A stretch of DNA of 64,000 nt from Protoeuglena noctilucae (Eukaryota): assembly GCA_958009085.1 (NCBI GenBank), contig OY253672.1, forward strand, positions 1,426,001-1,490,000. The letters are read 5' to 3'. Below are positions 14,344 through 25,300 of this stretch, one piece after another. The position numbers were made by a program, and so were the translations under genes. The notes beneath the pieces were generated by a model. It was not told where the DNA came from, searched no databases, and was given only the letters and a program-made list of their open reading frames with translations. How positions within the stretch are numbered: the stretch's first letter is position 1; each line of letters begins with the position of its first letter.

Positions 14344-15170
14344 CAAGCCTCGTCTGCGGGCACCGCGGATCGCGAGGCTCTCTGACGCTCCTCCGCGCGC
14401 CTTGCCTCGCCGGTGGCCCTCGGGGTGGGAAAGCAAGCACAGGAAAGAGCAATTGGCTCGCGATAGCGGCCCTCGAACGACTCGAAGACGCGAGATCCCC
14501 TCGCGGCGAGGCACACGCCCCACAGACGCGCCGGTGAGCCAGATGCAGCAGCGCGGCATGCGACCAGGCATTGGATCGACGAAATAAGCACACCAGTGGC
14601 TTCGCATATGGGTGTCACGAGCCATCTAAAAACATCCACGACCTCCCCGAGGGTAATTCTCCTCGAAGGAACCTCAGCTCACCGAAAGCACGGACGACGT
14701 GAGCTGGTCTCGTCACGGCGGGGCCGCACTGCCCCTGCAGCGCTGAGGGGGCGGAGAACAAAAACAAATCGGCCCCCTGGACTGCTTCGCTAGGCCGATC
14801 GGCAGTATCCAGCCGTGCGATCGTTGAGGAGCGTGTGCTTGATGCAGGGAGTCCCCGGAGGATGATGGCTCGGCCGCGCCCTCGTTTCACTGGCACGCCA
14901 GTGCGAGGCCGCGGCCTTGCAGCGACAATTTTTTGCAATTCAACACTTGTTTGACACACTCATCGCTCGCGGATCACAACCAGAGAACAGTCAAGATGCG
15001 CTCAGATGCGCTCAGATGCAAAGCCCCCAGGACAAGCCCGTCAACTATGTGCCCGCATTCACAGCGGCTTGGCGCTACTCCGCGCCGAGCTCGGTCTGCG
15101 GGCAAGGGAGGGGACCGGCTTGCCCCCGCAGACCCCGGCAGTGTGCAAAGCCCGCGCCGCGCCGCGCCGC

Positions 15171-17515
15171 TCACCGGCTGCGCTGCCCGGTCGGCGTTTG
15201 CCGGCCCTGCGGGTCCGCCTGCGAGCCAGCCACGCTCACGTCCGTCGCCGATCCCCACCCCAGCAGCCCCACGGACTTGCGCAGGGCCTTCTGGGCCGAC
15301 CCCAGCGTCTGGTCCAACGTCCACCGGCCCTGCGAGCGACGCACGGCCCATCTACGGTCGGCGACGTAGTGCCCCGAGCAGATATTCCCGCAGGCGGGGC
15401 CCGCACCCCGCGCTTCCCCCGTCACCTGGCCTCCATCCTGCTCGGATGGCTCCGACATCGGGGCCCTCCTCATATTCCCCTGCGGGCCACGCGAGGGAGG
15501 CAGCCGCCCTCGCATGATGTGCGTACGCAGCCCCCCCGCACCGCGCGCGGCCCTGCCAGCTCACCTCCGACATCTCCACCCCCACCCCCTGAGCCGCCGC
15601 CGGCACCGACACCTCGGATGCCGCCCCGTCGCGACCCCCCGGCGTCCCCGGTCGGCTCCCCGTGGGGGTCCCGGGGCGGGACAGCCCAAAAAGCCCCTGC
15701 AGGCCGCGCCGCCCCCCCGGCGTGCCCTGCCCCGCCAGCGACGCCGCCTCGGGCCGCGCTGCGTCGGCCGTGGACGGGCCGTTCTCCACGTCGGGCGGCT
15801 CGCTGTCGTCGTCCGCCTCGAGCACCTGCCCGTTCTGCTCCCACGGGTCGTGCGGGCACCACCACTTGTGCGCGTCGAGCTGCGACGCCGGGCCCCGCAT
15901 CCGCACGTGCGGCGGCGGCGTGGGCACGCAGCACACGGACCACCAGTTGCGCCCGCAAGACCCCAGGTCGAACGGGTGCCCCTGCCGAGCGTACTTGAAG
16001 TTCTCGTACGTCGTGCGGTTCTTCGACACCAGGAAGCAATGGAGGCCCGTCAGGGGGAGGAGGAAGGCAGTGGCGGGCACTGCGGGGAGGAGGCCGGGGG
16101 GTCCTGAGCCGAGCGACGAGCGCGCCGGCCGCTGCAAAGCCCCTGCGGCGCCCTCGGCTGCGGCGCGGGCGACTCACGGCAGTAGATGAGGATCGCGATG
16201 GCCGCGCCGGACCGCGCCGCGGCGTCCTTGCCGTTGGTGGCCGGGTTGTTGTCCGTGTTGACGATGTGCACGTTGCGTGCGATGTAGGCAGCGCAGATGG
16301 CGCACGTCCAGACGATGTAGCCCAGGGTGCCCATGATGAAGAAGAGGAAGGAGCGGTAGTTGCGCAGCGCGATGGTCGTGCCCGTCCAGGGGCAGTGGTG
16401 GTCGAACTTGTCGTAACTGGGAGTCGATAGCGTGGGGACGAGGTCCGTGTCCAAAAAGCAAGGGCCAGGGGCGCGTCGGTGGGGGCGCGGTAGGCGGCTC
16501 ACCAGTTGTCGTTGATGCTGCAGTGGTGCGCTCGCGGGGGCTGGTACACGCGGGCCGTGTCGTTGTACCGGATCTGGACCGGGCGCCCCCCGTTGATGTA
16601 GACCTCATAGACGCGGCTCATCCCCGGCTGGACGAGCGACGGCAGCCGCGACGGCCGGCGCGGAATGACCCCGGGGTCCATGCAGGACGTGCGGAACAGG
16701 AAGACGAGGCTGCACAGGGCCCAGACGGCCGAAATTGGCACGAAGATGTACGACAGAGAGCCGAAGTCCGCCGCGACGAGCGCGATGAAGATGACGGCGG
16801 GCACGAGGACCAGCGATGCCGTCAGGAACATCATCTTCCAGTCGGGGCCGGACATGCAGCGCCCTCCTGCGGGCAGCGTGCGCGGGCGTCGTGACGTGAC
16901 CCGCCCCGTCGAAGCGGAGTCGCGCCCGGCCCCGCGCGTGCAAGGACGACGCACCGCAAAAGAACTTCTCGTCGCCGTCCCACTGCTCGTAGAGCCGCGG
17001 CTCGGGGGCCTGCTGCTCGGCAACCGCGGACAGGGGCCGCTCCTGCGCCTGCCCCGGGTCCGGCACAGGGGGCCCCTGACGCCGCGGCGCCTCCCCGACG
17101 GTCGTCATCTGCACACTCTGCACGCTCTTGGAGTCCGTGGAAGCGGCGCCGTTCCCGTTCGCGCCCCCGCGTGTCCCCGTCGCTGTCCTGCGGGCCTCCC
17201 GAACGGCGCCCTTCGCATGGCGCGGGCGCAGGCATCCCGTTTGACATGTCTCATCGCCAGGACTGCGGCGCGAACCGCCCGCCGCGGCCTGGGCGCGACA
17301 CGACGCGCCATGGCGCGGCACGGCACTCGCCTGATGGCCCCCCCTCCCCAAAGGTTGAACCCCGTCGGCACGCTGGCACGCACGGCCGGGCCACCTTTGC
17401 CGTTGTGGTCCCCGTTCGCGCCGTCCATCGCACTGTTCGCCGCGCCATTCGCCCCCGCCTTCACGGCCTGCTGCAACGGGCCCGCGGGGGCCGAGTCGCG
17501 CACGCCGGCCGGCAT
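15171..17515 (-). CDS. DHHC protein S-acyltransferase (ERF2/ZDHHC9/plant PAT-like)
   Basis: YEQWDGDEKFFC|GGRCMSGPD, TM helices, DPGVIPR, PPRAHHCS...FDHHCPW...RNYR and the TTYE motif (NRTTYENF). Exact termini uncertain. Confidence 0.93.
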
Positions 17516-18334
17516 CGCATGCAGAGCCTAATTGCGGGCGCGATCCTCTTCCCAGCGCGATGCCACGCCTGCGAGGGAGGGGCTCGGGGAGCGCTGAAAA
17601 CGTTTGACAAGCGGAAAATCTGGGCCCCGGGCGCGGTTGGAACCAGCATTCCGCATAGAGCTTATTCGTGACAGCAGAGCGACCGGCAGGGCTGGAGGGT
17701 CGACCAAGGCTGGGCAGCGGACGAGTTGACGCGCGCCCTAACCGGCTGGGGGAGCTCGCGGGCAGCGCGCGTGCAGAGCGATGCATTCTTGCCTTGCGTG
17801 GCTCGCCAGCGGGCGAGCGGATCCCCGCTCGGCTCGAGCTGACAGGGAAACCCGAGACCTCGGCACAAACCCACAGCTCGTTCCTCTAGCTCTACACCCC
17901 CGGTTTGGGATGGATGCCGGAGGCGACTGGCCGGAGGGGGGCGAGTGTCCTGGCCGGAAGGGTGAGTTCTCAGAACTCGGTTCCTGCGCTAGGGGAAACC
18001 TGGGCCGGGCTTGTGGCCAATGCTCGCTCCCTGGCGCTGCCGCATCTGTCGTGTAGCGCGGTGCTGTAGTGCGGCCGCAATAGTTTGGCTGTCCCGTCCG
18101 TTGCTGGCCGAACGTGACTCTAGCTGACGACGCGTGACTCTGCGATCTCGCGGCGAGCCCGAGCGAAGTATTGGCGCGATTTTCTGCTTAACACGGTGAT
18201 TGTCAGGCGCTTTTGAGCGCGGCTGGGCAGCGGCATGCCTTGGCGCGCTCTCGGTCGCATGCACATGTCGTTCGCGTCGAAGACGCAATTCACTTCCGCT
18301 CAGCTGGAGCTCGTCCTTTCAAACGCACGCAGCG

Positions 18335-19424
18335 ATGAACTCGTACAACAAGCGCCTCCACACCGGGGTGCGGATCGGGAACTGGGTCGAGGAGGCGGCG
18401 CTCCATGACCTGACGGGCGAGCACCGATACATCCCCTGGGCGGCAAGGGAGGAAGGCGCGACGCTGTACCCACACCGCGCGCGCAAGCCCCAAGCCGAGG
18501 ACACGTTCCGCCGCGTCATCCTGCACACGAAGAACGACGCGGGCACGACCACCGAGGCTGCTGAGACGAGCACGAGCGCACCCACGAGCTCACCCTCTCC
18601 CTGGTCGACGACGCAGCGCTCGGACTTCAACGGCCCAGACCAGCAGGCCGCCGTGGCGGGGTGCACGCTGCCGCTGTACGGCCGCCAGGCGCCGCGCGGG
18701 GGTCGGAGGGCAGCGGTGGCGCTGCAGGCGATGGCAGCCGAGGCTTACCGACTCGCCGCGGCCCCCGTAGACGAGGTACCAGCGACGTTTGAGACCACGA
18801 GCCGGGCAGATTACGTCTCTCACGACCTGAGCAGCATCGAGGTCGGCAAGAGGGTCGCGAAGGACAGGTGAGGGCCAGTTATGCGTGAAACGTCACGATG
18901 CGGCCTCGCGCCGGGTATCACCGCGCCCCCATCGTTATCACCCCGCAGGGACGGGCGGCCATGCTGCAGGGACCCGACCTTCCTCGCTGAGACGGGCATC
19001 CTGCCGCGCAAGCTGGCCGACCGCGTGGCGGGGCCTGCGACCGTGGAGCCGGGCATCCAGGCCTTCCAGCTCCCCAACCCACTCTACAACACCGGTGCGA
19101 CTGCCACACGCACACCGCCTGCGCCCTCGCAGTCAATACCCAACGCACGGCTCCACTAACACCTGTCGCTTTCACTCGTCTTCGGCCGCAGGCATCACGG
19201 GAGGCAAGACCGGGGAGTACCACTACACCCACGCGGCCAGAGCCTTCACCGAGAGCATGCGACAGGCGGGCAGCACTGGCAAGACTGTCCGCGAGGTCCT
19301 GGTCGAGAGGGGCACACTGGGCACCTCGCCGCGCCCGGTGCTGGTGCAGACGCCCTTCTTTGGTCGGGACTCCAACTTCACCATGCCCGTGCAGCACTTC
19401 CAGAAGCAGGAGCAGGGAATCTGA
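18335..19424 (+). CDS. Ciliary microtubule-inner-protein-like, resembles SPAG8/FAP143
   Basis: N-terminal GVRIGNWVEE, TTQRSDF and FETTSRADY short motifs, and C-terminal PFFGRDSNFTMPV resembling the SPAG8 C-terminus as I recall it. Three exons with GT-AG introns. Confidence 0.6.
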
Positions 19425-19916
19425 GGAGCTGGGAAGTCGCTTGTGAAGTCTGCCCCTTGTTGAGGTGGCACTGGTAGTAAGGCGGGGAGCAAGGCGGCAG
19501 CCCAACGGCATTGACGGGTGTTTCTGGCGGACTAAGCGCCGCATAGCCTCGCGTTCAATCTGCTTCCCGCCATGCTGCGGACTCCTTGCCTACCCTTGCC
19601 CCTCCAGAAAGGCAGCAACTGCGCAGCCCCATCGCAGCACCCGCCCCTCGCGTGCACCTGCACCACTGCACCTGCACTGATGCCGCCCACACTACGCCAG
19701 CATCGGTCCCTTAGCCGCCTGCACTCATCCGCGCAGTGAGTCACCGTCAGACCTACGCTGGCAATTGCCCATGTCGCCACTGCCACCTCCCGCATCCATC
19801 CACAAGTTGCAGCACATGGTGCAGCACATTCCCATTCACCCGCCCCCGCCCCCCCCCCCCCCCCCTCACCTCGATTGCTTGGTCAGATGGCCTGACCGCT
19901 GCTACGCTTGGCCCCG

Positions 19917-21376
19917 CTAGATTGGGGTCCTGCCCCACCTGTCCCGTGCCTCAAGGTCCGCACCAGCGTCCACAAGCACGTCCACGCACTCGACGTCCAT
20001 GACCATGTGCAGGGGTGTCAAGCCCTGTGCATCAATAGCGGTGGCGTCCGCCCCCGCCTCCAGCAGCAGCCGGCATGCATTTTGCGCATGGCTCGCCGCA
20101 CTGTGCAGAGGCGTACGGCCGTCTATGTTCCTGTCATGGACGTCCGCACCCAGCTCCAACAACGTGGTGAGAGCACTGGTGTGACCCAATCGGCATGTGG
20201 TCTGAAGTGGCGAACTGTGGACTCCGTCGCCCTGGATGCTCAACCCATGTGCTGCCAGCCACCGCACAGCCTCCCCTTTCCAGACGGCATGCATCGCATT
20301 CATTCCAAAGCTGTCGACGCAGGCCCAATTGGCCCCCAGATCCACCAAAGCTTCCATGACCGCCAGCTTGCAGCGAGATGCCGCAACCTGGAAGGCCGGA
20401 GTACCACCCTCGTCAACGGCGTTCACGTCCGCCCCCGCCTCCGCCAGCCGCCTCACGATGCCCGGCGTCGGATGACCTTGGCACACCGCTGCCAATGTCT
20501 GATCCTGGCCGTCTTCCCCGGCCTTGGCCGACGCCCCCGCCTCCAGCAGCGCCTCTACCACCGCCTCGTGACCCCTGCGCCCGGCATGCACCACCGCCGT
20601 CCAGCACGACAAGCCGTCATCGCTGATGGCATCGACCTCCGCACCTGCCGCCAGGCAAATCTTGGCCGCCTCAAGGCAGCCCCGTGCTGCGCAGTAGGAC
20701 ATCAGCGGGAGTGCACTCTCGCCCCGCCAATTAACGTCCGCCCCCATCGCCACCGCCGCACGCACCATCCGCGCCACCTCCTCGGCCCCCAGCGTGTGCG
20801 CCCATTCCAGGTGGCCCCTCGCCCCGCGCCCCACCGGCCGCCGCGCCCGCACCGCCACCATCAACGGCGACTGGTCGATGTCCTCGTCAGTGGGCACAGC
20901 CCATGAAATGCCATTGATATCCGGCCCCTCCGCCACCAGCACCGCCAGCCACCACAGCCCCAGGCCGGCCAGGTGGTGCGCCATGGACCCATGATGCACG
21001 TAGACCTCCAGCGGGCTGCCATTGAGCTCCTCGTCATGGAAACGCGTACCGTAATCAAGGCGTATGCTCCTCCGCCTGTCCTCCGCCGTGGCCCGGATGC
21101 CCCACGCCCTCCACACCTCGTCCACCTCGTCGCGCATCTCCCGCGACACCCTTCGCGCCGCCGTCGCGTTGCGCAGCGGCACCAGCCGCAAGATCTCGCG
21201 ATGCACCTCCCCGGGCAGGTCGCCCAACCCTGCGCAAGCGACCGGACCACGCGGGGTGCCCTCACGACCCAGCCCAAGCAAGCAGCGCAGCAGTGGCCTC
21301 GTGGCTGCGCCTTACCAACGCGCGGACCCCCCAGGATGACACTCGACGCTTGCTCCGCCTTCACACCGCCAGGCAT
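19917..21376 (-). CDS. F-box + ankyrin repeat protein (possibly C-terminally truncated)
   Basis: F-box-like LGDLPGEVHREILRLVP...RVSREMR followed by many ankyrin repeats (GADVN, GRTPLHSAA, GLTPLH). One short 5' exon (ATG at 21376) and one ~1.3 kb exon. Confidence 0.8.
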
Positions 21377-22391
21377 CGCGGCCTCGTCTGCGGACACGCC
21401 CGCCGCGCCCTGTTGCGACTTCCGAGGCACGCGACCCGTTGGACCAGCGCAGGCGCGGCGTCCGAGGCCTCGCGTCCGGCCCCGTCCTGCCAAGCAGCTG
21501 CACGTGCCACTCACGCGTACTGATCCCGGCCCGTCGGCCCCGAAACGATGCGGCGCGGACGCAGACCAGGCCTCCCCCTGCGTGACGTCCGTGGTAAGTC
21601 CCTCCGCTCGCGCGCTCGCGTGCTCATGTGCTTGATGGCTCAGGTTCGCATCTGATGACTCGCGAGATGTGTCCCGCGCCGGGCCCGAGCCCCGCTGTCG
21701 TCGAGTCTGGGCCGCGCAGGGGAAGCCCTGTGTCAGTTGCGCACCAGCAGGGCCTCCTGGAGGCCTGCGACTGCCCCGCCGCGATCGCTGTCTTCATCGA
21801 TGCCCGCGTCGGTTGGATCATCTGTCAGCGCATGTCCCCGAGCGCGCGGCAAGCAAGCACTGCGCACTTCCCAAACCCAAAGGATGCGAAGCTGAAGCTG
21901 AAGAGGCGGCTGCTGGCGCTGGGGGAACGGAATGGAGCGAGCTCGCTTCTTCGACCGGCTCTCTCACTCGCTCGCGCCGAGGTATGAGACGGACAGCGAC
22001 GTCTTTCTCCAAGAAGCGCGGGAGAAGCACCGTAGGACGCACGGTCGAGCTCGCGCTCGTCCCCGGAGCAATTTTGGTGACTCACTTCGCGCTCTGACCG
22101 AGGTTGCGGACCGGGCATTGTTAAGCCCCGGTTGAATCCTTTGCTAAAGGATTCCTCGTCCTGTTTCCAGCGTTCGGACTGCCCAGGGTCCAGGAGGAGG
22201 AGCCGGAGGATCTGCTCCGGCTGCAAAGCATTCGCAGGCACAGCCAGACCGACTCCCCCCATGGCAGGAGAGCAGCGCCCTGCTCCTTTCCATTCCCTCG
22301 TTCAACCTTCGAATTCCTCCATGCCTCTGCGTCCTTCCGCTAGGAAGGAAAGCGACTGACTTCCATCGTTTGTTGTGCACGCAAGTCGCGC

Positions 22392-25300
22392 ATGAACAGC
22401 GCCTTGTCCGGCGCCAGCCCCGGCCCCTCGTCCCTCGCAAGTCGCCGCAGCTCTCTAAGGGCGCACCACCACGATTCGCGCCGCGACACCTCATCGACAG
22501 ACGCATCGGGGGGAACCGGTCGTAAAGAAAGAGGTGCGCGCGGGACGCGAGCCGAAATCGCGCGCAGCTTTGTCTTTGCCTCTCAGCTTTGTCTTTGCTT
22601 TTCAGATTCCGCCGCCCCGCCCTCCCGCGCCGCAGTGGCCTCCCCGGACAAGATGCATCGGATGGCGTTACCGGGGGGCCTTCCCCCTGTTCTAGAGACG
22701 GAGGGCTCTGCGGGCGCGGGGCATTGGGAGGCCTTGGCGGACGGCCGGCCCTCGTGGGTGTCAGCTGAAACCCCCCAGCCGGGGGCGGAGGGCGCCGGAA
22801 CGGCACCCGAGGCGGTCTCGGACCCCGCTGTCCCTGCCGCATCTCATACGCGCAAGCTCGCTGCCCCGGCGCGGACCCTGGAGACGGCGGTGTCGGGCGA
22901 AATGCTGCTGGAAGCGCTGCAGCGACTGGAGCGGACGCAATCGGGGGCGAAAACCAGCGAGGGCACGACGGTCGCCATGCTGCCTGCCGGGCAGGGGCAG
23001 GGGCCCAAATCAGGACCCAGGCAGGCGCCCGCGCGGGAGCCACTGCGGCCCAACACGACGCGGCTGTTGAACGCGCGGGGGGCTGCCGTCGGGCCGAGTC
23101 GCACGCCGCCGTCGCCGCGCGCCACGGCGTCCCGGCAGGGCCCGGACAGCCGCCCCTCCCGGCGCCAATCGTCGCACCGGGGAGGGGCGGTCCCTCGGGC
23201 CTCAGAGCCCGCCAGGCCAGTCGCAGATGGCCCACCTGCAGGGGCCGTGTCGCGAGAGAGGGCTGGGACCACGGGGACCCGCACCGTGGGGGTTGCCGGC
23301 ACAGGGTCGTCTCCCGGCGTCCGTAGTCCCCTGCACCGTGCGTCGTCGGCCCCACTGCCGCAGCACGCAGCCCCGACCGCCGCACCGGCAAAGGCGGCTC
23401 CGGCCAGGCCGCCGGAGACCGCTGCGAACGTGCGGTCGCCGGCGTCGCCCCGAGCCACGTCGCCCCATGCTGTGCCTGCTTCAGGGCGTGCGAGTCGGAC
23501 CGCCCCAGTTACGCGCGCGCCTCGGGACCGCCCGGCGCCCGCGCTCACCGCGGCAGAGCGCCTGCTGACGGTGCAGGACGTCGTGACGGCAGCCCAGGCA
23601 TCCCCTCGGTACCAAGGGTGGGACTACGACCTGGCAGTGCGAGCGATGGGGGCCGGGCCTGCTTGGCGAGGTGCGTACGGTAAGGGAGCGGCGGCTGCTC
23701 GCTTTCGCAGACCAGCAGGCCGTTGCGGCGCGTCAGCTCTGTCACAGCACCCCGCCACCCCTGCCACCCCCGCCGGTGCCCATGCAGGGGACACGCCAAG
23801 GGGAGCCGGGGCAGCAAAGGGCCGGTCGGGTTCGCCTGCGGGCCGTGACGCGACGCGGACGCCCAGGACAGAAGACTCTTCCTCCAATGCCCAGGCGTCC
23901 AACTCCACCCCAAGCGCCAGCGGCGGGGACTCCCCCGGCGCCACGTCGCAGCTGCGCGTGGGCGGGGGTCGCGACGCGCCCTCTCCGGCGTCGCCCCGCG
24001 CGCCCTTCCACTTGACTGGCCTGACGCCGGGCCGCTTGGAGTCACCCCCGCACGCCGGGGCGCGCTCCCGCGAACCGACCCACGCATCGGAGGTCCCTGC
24101 CGTCGCCTCCGCCGCAAGCACCGCCGTGAGCACCCCGCGTGCCCTCGGCGCCTCCCCCCGCGCGATGGACAGCCTCGAAGCGGCCGTGCGTGCCCGGCAG
24201 GGGTTCCGCGCGCACGCTCCCCCCGCGTTGTCAGCCGCCGCCCTCGCCGCACGTGTCTCGGACCCCGTGCCTCCACCCGAGTCCCCCGGGCGGTCGGCCG
24301 CGGCGCTGCGTGGCCCGGCCGCCTGGGTTCCCGAGGCTGCGGAGCCTCTGTGGGCCCCGGGTGCTACGCTGCGCCAGGTGCTGGATGCTGAGAAGAAAGC
24401 GGCAGGGGCGCGAGTGGCTTCAGGGTCGCCTGGGAGCCCACGGCTGGGTCAACGGAGGCAGGCCTCGCCTCGTAAGGCGCCGGCGGGGGCGGATGGGCGG
24501 GGGTGGAGCGAGCACGGGGTGGAGAGGCGCGGGGACGGGAATGGGGGGCTGGGGAGAAGCCAGAGCGTGCCCCACGCGAGCTCAAGTGAGTCTTGAGGCA
24601 GTGCAATGCGCTCTGCCTCGCCCGCTCCCCGCTGCGAGAAGACAAGGGGTGAGGACCGGACCAACCATACCATGATTGCACCTTCCCTGCAGCGCTGCTG
24701 GAGCTGGCGGGGTGGGGTCCCGAACAGACCAGCCAGGGCGCAGTCGTGACCCCCCGACGCGCACCTTCGCGTTCCGAGGCATCGCTGTCCGTCAAGTCTC
24801 TTTCGCGTGGGGCATCGACCCTTTCACGCCTCGCCAATGCGTCCCTGGGGGACCTGGCGGGGCCGCGGGCGATCGAGGCAAATGGGAATGGCAACGCGGA
24901 AGGTGAGGCAGATGGTAATTTGTGGGGAATGGGGTTTTGGGATTGGGCGGTGCGAGGGTTGACGGACGGGGGGGGCGGGGCAGAGGGAGCGCAAGAGAGG
25001 GAGGGGTGCGAGTGCTGCCACAGCATTGCTCACTCAGCAACCGACCTTTCTCACGTCCGTTGCAAACCTTCTCAACACCCCTCGGCGCCCTCAGATGTGA
25101 ACAATGGGGCTGTGGAGGAGGGGACTGTGCTTCGCAGCCCAACTGCTTCTGAGGCCTTTGACATCACCTTCTCCGATAACGACACCCATGGCACGAACGA
25201 CCGAGGAACGGTGGAGGCCGGCGAGTCCCCTGCTGCCGTGAGCGCTGGCAAGCCTAAGGCATCAGGAGATTCCCCGCCAGTGGCGAGTGTCAGAAAGCCC

